Origin: an uncultured virus (IMG/VR IMGVR_UViG_3300037088_000888) | Taxonomy: Duplodnaviria; Heunggongvirae; Uroviricota; Caudoviricetes | IMG/VR virus record: IMGVR_UViG_3300037088_000888 | Direction: 5' to 3' (one strand) | Length of the DNA: 64,000 nt | Shown here: one piece after another, positions 8,219 to 19,000 of the stretch | How the letters are laid out: every line of letters starts with the position of its first letter | How positions within the stretch are numbered: the stretch's first letter is position 1 | Notes under the pieces: model-generated | The model's database searches: none | What the model saw: only the letters and a program-made list of their open reading frames with translations | Told to the model about the DNA's origin: nothing | Made by a program: the position numbers and the translations under genes

Positions 8219-10854
8219 ATTTTCATCATTGATTTTGCTTCATTGATATTAATTAAAATTATTTGTGCTTCATTTAACATTTCATTTACTGGTTTATGTT
8301 TCTGTTTACTCTTTTCTGGTTTGAAATTAGCTACAAATATATCATAAATTTTCTCAGCAAGAGCACGATTTGCTCCATCAGGTATTTTTTTTCTAAACAT
8401 CATTTCAACTTTGTTCGCAATATTATGAGCATCATTATATTCATAACCATAATGTCTTATGATAAAACTTTCTGTTCTCTCATGTAATAATATTGCTTCA
8501 AAGTCTGCTGGTTTAACCATAAACACATCATCAATCCAATAATCATTTTCTCCAATATGTTTTGCATATTTTTGTTCGATTTTCGGTAAATCGGCATCAA
8601 CCCAATGGTTACCACCATCTACCCATTCAATAAAACCACTATCACGAACTTCATCACCATTAACAGCATAAACATTGTATGTATGTTCTCCGTCCTGATA
8701 ACTTCTTATATATTTTTTATCCAATTGATGTGTTGTAAGGTCTTGCTGAATATCTTTTTCGAATTCAGGAAATTTTTCTTCATTCAAATCCCAAAAGTCC
8801 AGTGAAGCATTTTCAGCCAAGTCATTAAAATCATCCGGTGACTTGTCGGGCATTAATGGTGGTTTTTTATTATATTTATTACGAATGTGTTGCTCTATAT
8901 CGCTTGGTGAATAATTCAATAATTTTCCAATCTCACGTGCTTCTTCTGAAGTTTTATCTAAAAGATATCCATTATTTTTCTTTGCAAATTCATAAAGTAA
9001 ATATGCATTAACCTTATCGGTATATATAATTGCAAACATTGTGTTATTTGAAGTCATTCTTGTAGGAATAACACCAATTTTCTTTTTTTCAAGTTTTTGA
9101 GCAATGGATTTGTTTATTTCAGTAAAAGCAACCCCTCTCTTTCCATTTAGAATTGATTTAATTGCAGCAATATCGCTGCGCATTTCTTTTGCATTAACTT
9201 CTTCATTAACCTCTTCTTTAAGCGGTTTAATATCTACAGCATTAATATCACCCCAATTGCACTGCGCACTTGTATTTCCTAAACCACCTAATCTACATTT
9301 CTTTTTTATTTCAACAGTACTGCTGCCAGCCATTGAAGATAATTGTCTTTCATCCAACATGTATTGATCTTTTGTGGCATCTCCCACCACATTATGATAT
9401 TCTAAATCTTCTTTCAATTGATTATTTAAAACTAAATATCCACCATCACCATCGGTAGCAATAATTTCGCCAGATAATTCATATTCTTCAATATCTGAAA
9501 AATCGTCTGTTTCTGAATATCTTTTAGCATCTTCAAAATTTTTTGTATACCAAGCAATATCATGAGCAGAATAATTATTTAATTCTTTTAATTTTTCATC
9601 AGTAATGTGCGCAAAATCACCTACATTTCCCAATTCATCTCTTTCAAATCTTACAACATCCCCGGCAGTTGTATCACGTAAATTACTAAAACCAGATTCT
9701 ACTCTATACGCTTTACCTGTCCATTTTTCTTCATTAATTTTATCTCTATTTGCATCAAGATCATTTCTAATTGAAGGTGAAGTATCGATATTATTATGTA
9801 CAGGAAAATTATCTTGTCCCATTGCATTATCAGTAGAATATAAAGCACTACCGTCTTCTTTTAAATATACAATTTCACCTAAAGGTTCTCTGTCATAAAA
9901 TTTTTGTTCAATAAGATATTCTTGAAGTTTCAATAAATTTTCATAAAATTTCTTTTTATTTTTAACATGATTCAAAGTTTCGTCAATATTATTTACACAA
10001 TTATGAAATTCATCGACTATATATGGTGCGCTCGGCAACACTCTTGTCGGATACTTATCTCTGTCAAGTATAAATGATATAAAACCTTCATTTATCACAC
10101 CGCTACCATCGCCTACGCTGTAAGGTATTTGCGCCCACATGCCTCTACGTGTATCAATTGCATCTTGTGGTGGCATATCTCCAAGTATATCATCATTACC
10201 ATCATAATTATCATACAATTCAAAAAGGCGATAATTTTTCTTTCTATTTGGACTGTAATGAGTATTATACACTTCACCTGTTAATCCATAATCAGTTAAA
10301 ACAATTGTTGGCTGACCGTCACGAAGAACTTCACCGTATGTGCTTGGTCTGCCTAAGTCGCCAGCAGATACAGAATAATTTGCCATTATGTCTTCTAATT
10401 CAATAGCAAATTCATTATCATTTAATAACTCTTTAATATCTGCATCCTGACCAAATATACCCTTGCCACCTTTAATGTTGTCTTCATGATTTCTAAGAAA
10501 ATAAAATAAATCATTTAGACTTGGAATGCCAGTTAATTGTTTAATTCTGTTTTCGTTAACCTTTTTTGCTTTTTCGGAAATAATCCAACTACCATTATTA
10601 TCACTTTCTAAAACTTTTGTAACTATACTATGAGTGTCATGATATGAACCAATATTTATTTCAGCTTCATTTTGAGCAACGCCTTTGGCATTCTTTGCCA
10701 ATTTAAAAACTTTAGTGCCGTCAATATCATAAACTATTCTACCTGACCCACTACCTATTCTTTGAAAATATCGATTAGCGAATTCAATTTTCTTTGCAAA
10801 TGATTGTATTTCTTCAAATTCATCCAATAATTTTAAGAAGTTATCGTAAGTCAT
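8215..10854 (-). CDS. Multidomain protein: N-terminal kinase-like domain, central ART-like domain, C-terminal putative metal-binding/peptidase-like domain
   Basis: IGSGSGRIVY...VFKLAK...QNEAE...DL...LTDYG kinase-like; KAYRVES...AWYT...AKRY; C-terminal LLHERTE and DAHNIA. Confidence 0.55.
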   Translation of the reverse strand: MTYDNFLKLLDEFEEIQSFAKKIEFANRYFQRIGSGSGRIVYDIDGTKVFKLAKNAKGVAQNEAEINIGSYHDTHSIVTKVLESDNNGSWIISEKAKKVNENRIKQLTGIPSLNDLFYFLRNHEDNIKGGKGIFGQDADIKELLNDNEFAIELEDIMANYSVSAGDLGRPSTYGEVLRDGQPTIVLTDYGLTGEVYNTHYSPNRKKNYRLFELYDNYDGNDDILGDMPPQDAIDTRRGMWAQIPYSVGDGSGVINEGFISFILDRDKYPTRVLPSAPYIVDEFHNCVNNIDETLNHVKNKKKFYENLLKLQEYLIEQKFYDREPLGEIVYLKEDGSALYSTDNAMGQDNFPVHNNIDTSPSIRNDLDANRDKINEEKWTGKAYRVESGFSNLRDTTAGDVVRFERDELGNVGDFAHITDEKLKELNNYSAHDIAWYTKNFEDAKRYSETDDFSDIEEYELSGEIIATDGDGGYLVLNNQLKEDLEYHNVVGDATKDQYMLDERQLSSMAGSSTVEIKKKCRLGGLGNTSAQCNWGDINAVDIKPLKEEVNEEVNAKEMRSDIAAIKSILNGKRGVAFTEINKSIAQKLEKKKIGVIPTRMTSNNTMFAIIYTDKVNAYLLYEFAKKNNGYLLDKTSEEAREIGKLLNYSPSDIEQHIRNKYNKKPPLMPDKSPDDFNDLAENASLDFWDLNEEKFPEFEKDIQQDLTTHQLDKKYIRSYQDGEHTYNVYAVNGDEVRDSGFIEWVDGGNHWVDADLPKIEQKYAKHIGENDYWIDDVFMVKPADFEAILLHERTESFIIRHYGYEYNDAHNIANKVEMMFRKKIPDGANRALAEKIYDIFVANFKPEKSKQKHKPVNEMLNEAQIILININEAKSMMKI

Positions 10855-10877
10855 GCTGTAACTATTTGTAGTATATT

Positions 10878-10886
10878 TATAAATAC
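10878..10886 (-). promoter_or_regulatory. Representative copy of the recurring intergenic GTATTTATA motif (putative phage late promoter)
   Basis: Copies or 1-nt variants at 527, 3573, 11633, 12819, 16048, 26162, 26677, 36957, 36977, 38014, 38038, 38138, 39226, 44569, 44829, 54227, 55845, 61027, all upstream of minus-strand starts. Confidence 0.6.
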
Positions 10887-10910
10887 AAACTTAGCTGTAA
10901 AAAAATTGCG

Positions 10911-10942
10911 AAAAAAAGCGCAATTACAATTGCGCTTTTTTT
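10911..10942 (-). terminator. Intrinsic terminator hairpin (potentially bidirectional)
   Basis: AAAAAAAGCGCAATT-AC-AATTGCGCTTTTTTT perfect inverted repeat overlapping the stop of 10924..11610. Confidence 0.65.
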
Positions 10943-11610
10943 GCTTTATTTCTGTCTGAAATCTCTTTAATGACATCAATTATAAGTCCCCTAATCATTT
11001 CTTTGTTCTCAGTAAGCACTTCTTTTATTCGTTCAGCAGCATACATTTCAATAATTGTACCCTTAATTGCTTCTTCGACAACGGGACCGAAATTATCAAT
11101 ATCAATCAAGTAGTTATTAACAATCTTTTTTACGTTTTCAACCAAATAACCTTCATTTAAATTCATTGGTGATACTGCACCACCAGTTGGATTAAGATTC
11201 TTTTTCTGACCACCAGCAATATACGGTGCAATTGAGTCAGCTAATGTTTGTTTGTTTTTATTTTGAAGATCAGTGAATAATTGCTCGTCTCTTTCAGGTG
11301 ACATTTCAACTGGCTTATTGTTTTGAACAGGAAGACGTGCTGGTACTCTGTCAACAACAGCAGTTTCATTAATATTGTGTCGTACCGTTTCTTTATTTTT
11401 AATTGCGACTTGATTTTCAACTAATTTAATTAAATCAGTTGCAGGTGTTTCAACGCCAGTATCGTGTGACCTAATCAATTCATATAAAAAAGCATCCCTT
11501 GGTGCAATATTAGCACCTGTACTTTCACCTAATGGTGATGATGATATGTTTCTTTCTCTTTTGCGATTATCTATCTCGGTTCTAAGTTTATTTAAATCTG
11601 GTTTTGCCAT
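10924..11610 (-). CDS. Hypothetical phage protein
   Basis: 228-aa ORF in the gene run with the upstream GTATTTATA motif. Confidence 0.6.
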   Translation of the reverse strand: MAKPDLNKLRTEIDNRKRERNISSSPLGESTGANIAPRDAFLYELIRSHDTGVETPATDLIKLVENQVAIKNKETVRHNINETAVVDRVPARLPVQNNKPVEMSPERDEQLFTDLQNKNKQTLADSIAPYIAGGQKKNLNPTGGAVSPMNLNEGYLVENVKKIVNNYLIDIDNFGPVVEEAIKGTIIEMYAAERIKEVLTENKEMIRGLIIDVIKEISDRNKAKKAQL

Positions 11611-11645
11611 TTTATAAAATTTTATATTTTTTTATAAATACTCTA

Positions 11646-12548
11646 TTATTTGAAAAAAGTCTTCTTAACAATAGGATTATTTTCATTTTCTTTAAATATT
11701 GACGGATTTTGTGGAGTTTGCTTTTCGGCAAGACCTTTTACCATTTTATCTTTTTGGTTTTTTGCAAACTGATCTTGTGCTGTTTTATTCACAGGTGTTT
11801 TCATAACAAGCCTATTATATAAATTACTTAAATCATCCACATATGCATTTTGTGGAAAATTAAGTTTAGTTCTTACATCCTGTAAATTAAAATTGTTTTT
11901 ATTATCAATTGCAACAAAAAAATCCGTGATGGGTTTTTTCATAACTCTTTTGGCAATATCATTTAATCCAAGAACATCTGCTTTTGTAATTTGTCGGTTA
12001 TTTTTATCTGCGTTTTTATATTTGTCCCATCTCGGCAATTTTTGTCTTGTTGTTGGTATACCGCCAACAGGTATTTTACCGCCAGATGTAACAGATGCAA
12101 TTATACCACCTGTCATATCTTTATCATTTTCTTTATATCCTGTTGGTATTTCAACATTTCCTTGAGCATCAATAAATCTTTTACCTGTTGGTATTGCAGA
12201 AGTTATATTGTTAACAAGAAACAATCGCCAACCCGGTTTTGTCAATCCATCCGTATCTACTTCATGTTCATGATGTAATCTATTTCTTGGAGAATCTGAT
12301 CTAAGGCTATCACTTCTACCTTTGTCCTGCCATGCTCTAAGTGCTAAATTACCGCTTGTGTTTACGCCTAATACAAAAGGTCTTATTGTTCGATAGCCAG
12401 TTTCAATCGTATTTTCCCCTTTATAATAAATATAAAGAAATTTATGTTGATTAATGGCATCGACAATAACCTTATCACTAACGCCTTCTGTTAATAATTG
12501 ACGGAAATGCTTGACGTTATTAAATAGTATTTCTAACTCATTAATCAT
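11646..12548 (-). CDS. WYL-like domain protein
   Basis: IYYKGE...GYRTIRPFVLG...LRAWQ...GWRLF pattern resembles WYL (SH3-like) domains. Confidence 0.55.
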   Translation of the reverse strand: MINELEILFNNVKHFRQLLTEGVSDKVIVDAINQHKFLYIYYKGENTIETGYRTIRPFVLGVNTSGNLALRAWQDKGRSDSLRSDSPRNRLHHEHEVDTDGLTKPGWRLFLVNNITSAIPTGKRFIDAQGNVEIPTGYKENDKDMTGGIIASVTSGGKIPVGGIPTTRQKLPRWDKYKNADKNNRQITKADVLGLNDIAKRVMKKPITDFFVAIDNKNNFNLQDVRTKLNFPQNAYVDDLSNLYNRLVMKTPVNKTAQDQFAKNQKDKMVKGLAEKQTPQNPSIFKENENNPIVKKTFFK

Positions 12549-12787
12549 TATGCTGTAGTTGCAGTATATTGAGTACCCTGCTGATATATATTTTTTGTAA
12601 GTTCACAAGTTCTGTCCTTAATATCATCACAACTACCAATACTACCGTTCAATTCACCTTTGCCTTGTACGTCACCATCAGATAATGCATCTGGGTTGCC
12701 AGTATTATATTGATCATTACATGTGTAACGATTTTTTGCAATGCTACAAGTTTCAAATTGTAAACTAACTCCTTCTAATTTGCTCAT
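12548..12787 (-). CDS. Small hypothetical protein, possibly virion-associated
   Basis: 79-aa ORF with internal repeat (AKNRY..NDQY / TKNIY..GTQY); upstream motif; TAATG overlap with next gene. Confidence 0.55.
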   Translation of the reverse strand: MSKLEGVSLQFETCSIAKNRYTCNDQYNTGNPDALSDGDVQGKGELNGSIGSCDDIKDRTCELTKNIYQQGTQYTATTA

Positions 12788-12830
12788 TTTTTTATTTTTT
12801 ATTTATTCAATTATTTACTATAAATACAAT

Positions 12831-13601
12831 TTAATCATATTTTGTGAAAACTAAATTTATATATTCAATCAGGTTTGGCACAATATCCAAGAAATTCATT
12901 TCATCAACATCATACCAACCATAATTTGTATTTTCTTCATTTAGTTTTATATCGGTTGGGTCACCATCATATCGACAAACAAATATATGTTCAATACTAT
13001 CTGGATTTCTTTGAATACTAAATGATTTAATAAATTTTTTTATTTCCAATCCTGTTTCTTCTGTTATTTCTCTTTCAATTGCTTGTTTAGGTGTTTCATT
13101 TTTCTCAATCCCACCACCAACCAATCCCCATTTTGAAGGCATCCAAAGTACTTTATTCCCTCTTTTAAGTAACAATATTTTATTATCATTGTCAACAATA
13201 ACAGCAACTGCATTCTTTTTCAATTCTTTTTTATCTTCATTTAATTGTGGTGTCTGTGCTGGCTTTGTTCCTAACATCGGGTCAACATTATACATTTGTT
13301 TTACTTTTTTCGATTGTTCAACACCTACCCTGTCGCTTGCTAAAGTTCTTTCAATAAATTGTTTCATTGCATTTCCGCCAGCAAGAACATATTGCATTTT
13401 ATCTCCAGTCTGCGAATTAAAATAATCAAAAAAATTCTTCAATCTTTTCATTGCTTGATAAGTTAATGCGCCATTTCTAATTATGAATTTAGCTCGTTTT
13501 GTACCACTATTGTTCGGATTGGATATAAGTGCTGCTTGAATACTATTTAACACATCTGGGGGCACAGAATACGTCTTATCATATAATTCTTGGTTTGCCA
13601 T
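12831..13601 (-). CDS. NUDIX hydrolase with an additional N-terminal domain
   Basis: Nudix box GGGIEKNETPKQAIEREITEETGL. Confidence 0.85.
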   Translation of the reverse strand: MANQELYDKTYSVPPDVLNSIQAALISNPNNSGTKRAKFIIRNGALTYQAMKRLKNFFDYFNSQTGDKMQYVLAGGNAMKQFIERTLASDRVGVEQSKKVKQMYNVDPMLGTKPAQTPQLNEDKKELKKNAVAVIVDNDNKILLLKRGNKVLWMPSKWGLVGGGIEKNETPKQAIEREITEETGLEIKKFIKSFSIQRNPDSIEHIFVCRYDGDPTDIKLNEENTNYGWYDVDEMNFLDIVPNLIEYINLVFTKYD

Positions 13602-13623
13602 TACTTCTTTTATTTTCTTTAAT

Positions 13624-15327
13624 CTAAAATTTCATTTCAAATTTCATGTTACCACAATCATGTATAGATAAATACTCTCTTTCTGCCATAATTTGATGTT
13701 CAGTTTTATTTAAATCATAACCTTCTTTAACTAATTTATCTTTTCTAAAGTTAAAGCGATGATATCTGATTAATTCATTTTGTTTAAAATACCAATAATT
13801 AGGTCTGCTGTTACCAATAAACTTAAATCCTAATTTTTCATACAGGTTACCATTTGAATATCTACGATCTGCGAAAGTTAAAATAAATTTTGGTTGATAG
13901 TTCTTTATAAAATAACTCAATAATTTACTTGCTCCACCAATAACGCTTGTATTGAGCTTATTACAAAATCTTAACATTTCATATTCTTCATCTGTTGGTT
14001 GTTTATTGCCCATACTAATTCTTTTTTTACCGAAAGTCATTATTGAAACTAGTTCGTTATTATAAAATAAACCCAGTTTAATTTTACTTCCAACAAATCC
14101 TTGTATATGATTAGTTTTTAAAAAATCAGAACTTAATATGTTATCAATTTCTTTAATGATGCATTTTCTTCCAAATATTTTATTTTCAATTAGATTTAAC
14201 TTAGACTTAATAATACTTTTTACAATTTCTTTTTTATAAATCCATTCATCTTCAAAAATATGTAATAGTTGAATTCCCTGTTTTTCACATTCTTCAGTTT
14301 TATTTAAATGATAATTTTTATCTTTTGCAATATCGTTATGCCAATATAAACCATCAAGTTCAATACCTAATTTATATTCAGGTATATAGATGTCGATTTC
14401 TTGTGGATTAATTATTTTTTTAGAATTTTTTATGTTATTAATTATTAATTCGTCAATAAAATTTTTTAATTCTTTTTCTTTTATTGAAATATTATCATTT
14501 ATGGGATAACATTTAGTACAAAAATTTATTTGTTTATATGTGATAAATCGACTATATAAATTTTGTTTTGTAATTTCAAATGAATCGTGTTTTTCACAAT
14601 ATTTTTTAACTGTAATTATATTGTCATTGACGCTTATATCATTTACATTACATTTTAATAATTCCGATATTTTTTTTAAATATTTTTCATTGTTTGACAC
14701 TTTAGAAAGTTTTCTAAATTCAGATGATTGAAAATTATATTCAAAACCACAATTTTTTAAACTTGTTTGTTTCTTTTTTTCTTTAATTTCTTCACATTGT
14801 GAATTATGTTCAACACCAAATTTCTTTAAATTTGTAATCTTTATTTTCTTTTTAGTATCTTCGCACAATAAATTTGTTGTCGTGCCAAATCTTTCAAGAT
14901 TTGTTTGTTTCCTTTTTTCTTTTACCTCTGCTAATTGTGATTGATGTTCAACTCCGTGTTTTTCAAAAAACAATGCTTTTCGTTTTTTTTGCACTTCTGG
15001 AGATTGTAAAGGATTTTCAACGCCATATTTTGCTAAAAACGATTGTTTTATTTTTAATTTTAATTCAGTATCTTCATATCTGCATTTACTCGAACAATAT
15101 ATGGCATATCCCTTGTTAAATTTATAAAATTTAACACTATTTCCACATTTACATGTGGGCAATAAAATTAAATTATTAACATAATTATATAGTTTTTGCC
15201 CCCAATGAATATCTCCAAAATTTTGATTGAATTTTATAATGTTATTATATTCATTAGGAAATTTATTTCTTATTTGAGATATTCCTTTATAGCCACCATT
15301 AAGAAATTTTGAAAAATCACTTTTCAT
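13624..15327 (-). mobile_element. Homing endonuclease-like gene (KYGVENP.Q repeats, PD-(D/E)xK-type nuclease, C-terminal FADRRYS domain)
   Basis: Repeated (K/R)(Y/F/H)GVE(N/H)xxQ units; EIDIY...GIELDGLYWH; LHIFEDEW. Confidence 0.7.
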
Positions 15328-15380
15328 TTTTATACAAAGATATAAATTTTATGTAGATTTGCAATAAACTTTTTAAATTT

Positions 15381-16031
15381 TTATTTTCTTTCTAACAAGT
15401 TTGCGAGCTTATCTTTATCCTGTTGATCTAATTTACTTATAAGACCAGCAATCTTTTCAAGTTTTTTGTCTTTTATATCATTATCTTCAGCTTTTTGAGA
15501 TATTTCATCTTCATCCCTTTTGTCTACAAGTTTATCTTCGGCTACATTATCTTCGGCAATTTTTTCTTCATTTATAGAATCAACTTCATCAATTGGTTCT
15601 TTAAATGCTTTTTCAAAATGTGGTTCAACGGCTTTGATGATTTTTCTTGCCCATGCAATATCTTCTTTTTCACACTGTTCTGAATGTTCTTCGCCTGCTG
15701 AATGTTTTCTATAATCAGACTTTAGGAGATTAGGATTTTTATAATAATATTGTAAAGTATCTATGTGCTTATCGTGCATGAGTTGTGCTAAATCTTTTAA
15801 TAATTCTTTTTGACTCTGATCTTCTTTACCTTCGAAGAAAGGAAGTAAAGTGAACCCAAATCTTCCTAACATGTCGTATCTGAATGGTTGTTGACCAATT
15901 TTTGAGTTATAGTCTGTAGTATTGTTTGCTCCTGATTCTAAATCAGCACCGGTTGAAGGTACGTCATTCTTTCCAATCAGTTCACCATTTGAATCGATAA
16001 TTTCAAATAATTGTATTTTTTTTATTTTCAT
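15381..16031 (-). CDS. Hypothetical phage protein (acidic C-terminus)
   Basis: 216-aa ORF with upstream GTATTTATA. Confidence 0.6.
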   Translation of the reverse strand: MKIKKIQLFEIIDSNGELIGKNDVPSTGADLESGANNTTDYNSKIGQQPFRYDMLGRFGFTLLPFFEGKEDQSQKELLKDLAQLMHDKHIDTLQYYYKNPNLLKSDYRKHSAGEEHSEQCEKEDIAWARKIIKAVEPHFEKAFKEPIDEVDSINEEKIAEDNVAEDKLVDKRDEDEISQKAEDNDIKDKKLEKIAGLISKLDQQDKDKLANLLERK

Positions 16032-16094
16032 GAGTACATATTTTTCTTATAAATACTATTAAAAGTTTATAATGTACCATCATCGCTGTCAATA

Positions 16095-19000
16095 TCAAAA
16101 AGTTTCGCTATCAATATCAAAACCTAAATATTCATTAGCTTCTTCTTCCTCTATACCTTCCATTTGCCTAATATACAAATCAAGATCATCAAGAGCTACA
16201 TCATCGGTTTTTAAAAATTTCTCCATTGTAATATTTTCAGCAATCTTAAAGCGTTTTTTAAATCGTTTAAAATATTTTGTTCTTTTATTTTTTAAAATTT
16301 CTAAATTTTTCTTTTCTTCGTTTTTTTCTACTTGTTCCAACTCAGTTTCTTTAAGTTTTTTTGCTTTTTCCTCTTCTTTCTTATCAAATTCTAATTCGAG
16401 TTCGCCTTTAGGAATAACAACATTTTCTTTGATTATTTCAATAAAAACACCATTAAATGCGCCAACATTATATTCACCACCATTTTTAATTAAAATTAGA
16501 TCGCCCTTTTCATGTTCATCATTTATTGATTTAATTTTTGATTTATTACTTGCAGTCATTAATCCGTTTAAATATTTTAAAGCATTATCATATATTTCAT
16601 AATAAATTTTATTATCATCAAACATTTTAAATCCATTCCATATTTTTCTTGGGTCATATCCTGTTTTATTCCAAAAATTAACTTCCAATTCTTCCAAATA
16701 CATTGATTCATCAAAGTCATTAAGATCAAAATTTTTTAATTCCAAATTTAATAATGTAGAATCTGCTTGTTCAAATTTTATTTCTTTAACAGTTTTAGTT
16801 TTAGTTTTAACCTTTTTAGTTTTAACTAATTCATCAACAACTGGTTCATCAACATTTACTTTAGTTTTAGCAGTTACTATTTTAGAGAGAAAATTTTTAG
16901 CGGTTTCTGGTTCAAATCCAACTAAAAGTACTTTAACTCTTTTATTAAAAGCATCTAAATATCTTTCCACATTATATTGACCTGTCATATTTGGATTTTC
17001 TTGTAAATCTTCAGTACTGATTAATGTTGCACAAAACCTTTCTTCGCCTGTTTCTTTATTAACAACAATTTTTCTTGAATTACCTTCCGATTTTTTAGTA
17101 CCTGTATTCACATAATAAACAACGCTATCCAATTCAGGTTCTGATGGCATATAATTAGTAACCAATTTCATTTTTTCATCAATTGATAAATTTTCTTTAG
17201 ATTTGCCATGTCCTAATGTTGTTTTATATTTTTCAAATAATTCTTCAGCAATCTTATTTCTTTTTTCAATCAATAATTCCATATGTGCTTGCATTCCTTT
17301 TTCTCTACCATTTTTATCTTTTCCTCTTTTTTTATAAGTATCTATACTATTTTTTATTTTACTCTTACTTGCAATTTTCTTCAGTGGAATTCGTTGATGA
17401 TAAAGATTTTTTGCATATTCATTATAGTAGGTAAGAAACTCATTACCTTTACCATGAAGAATTAAATTTAATCCTGTATCAATGAAATCTTCAATGTATT
17501 CTGGTATTATTTTAGATTTAATTGTATTACCAGTTAATTTGATTTTTTCTTTCATTTCATCAGTTTTCTTATCTTTAACCAGTGATAATGTTGCATAATT
17601 GATTCTTGAAAGATTAAAACATGCAAGTGCCTCTCCATCATTATCGACCGACATATAATTTCCCTTACCAACTGATTCATTTTTATCAGTCATTTCCTCC
17701 TTATTGTATTTCTCAATTAAAGCATTAATACCAGTTTTACCACCATATTGCCACATTTCTTCAATTAATCCCTCAATTGTTCCCTCAATTGTTCCCTCAT
17801 CGGTTATTCTAATGTTTGTTTTTTCAGGATATTGAAAATTTATACCATCAGTTACTGCAAGTAATGCAATACAATTAAATTTGCTAAACCAATAAATTGC
17901 ATGTCTTAAATGTAATCTGGCTGTACATGTGATACGTGCTGCACAAATATTATCTGACCAGTTAAATGAAACGTTCGAACCAAATGCGCCATATTGTGAG
18001 TTATTTAAAATTTTAATAGGTAATTGTTTAATTTTGAACATTGCAATATCTGCAGGAGTAAATTCTTTATTAATGAATTTATGATGCATTTCAGGGTCGA
18101 TTTGTTTAAATAATTCAATTTCTTCAGAATTTAATTCAGTACTGTTTGCTAATTTTTTATAAATATTACGAGTTGTTGTAAGATACAACAACATCATTTT
18201 CATAGCACCAGTAATATCAAATATTGGAAATACATCTTCAGTTAATTGTATTGCAGGATAAAGACCTGCATAATCAATTTTTACAATTCTTTTTGAAAAT
18301 CCTGATTTATAACATCTTGCCAATCCACCTGAATACCTTTCATATTTATCTGGATATGGAATTGCTAAGTTATTCTCATAACTCCATGCTGTCATAAGTA
18401 AGTTCCAAATTCCTGCTGTACCCATTGTACAAATTCTATGATATGTTGTAGGAACAATTTTAGCCAACATAAATGATGATTGATTGTATAATTCATCAAC
18501 CTGTTCGGTTTCCCATAAGTCATCAAGAAGATATTGTTTTACAAGATTTTTCCCCTCAATAAATGTTGTTAATTTTTTTGGAAGTGCTTCTTTTCTGAAC
18601 CATTTAACAAAGTCTGGAGCTTCTTTAAGAATATTAGTTTTTTTTATATTATGTTCTTCTTTAGATAATATTACTTTTTCTATTTGTAAATTATAAAGTT
18701 TTTTTGTAATTTCCTGATACATTTCAGGTATTTGCAAATAATTATTATTTTCATCAATAACAAATATTTTATTATCTGAATAAAATTTACCAATAGAATT
18801 GTCTTCTCCTTTAATATATGTTCTGTTTGGTTTTGCTATTTTTTCAAATTTTGCAATATATTTTAAACCATTTGCTTTTATTTCACTATTAACTGCTGCA
18901 GTTCTTTTTACAGCATGTATTATATCAATAATTGAAATTCCCCACATTTCAGTAGCGGTATATTTATCAGGGGTATTCCCATATTTAACAGGTGTATTTG

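Noticed and set aside
16072..16602. 176-aa plus-strand ORF
   Set aside because: Ser/Phe-rich antisense translation of the Lys/Glu-rich polB C-terminus
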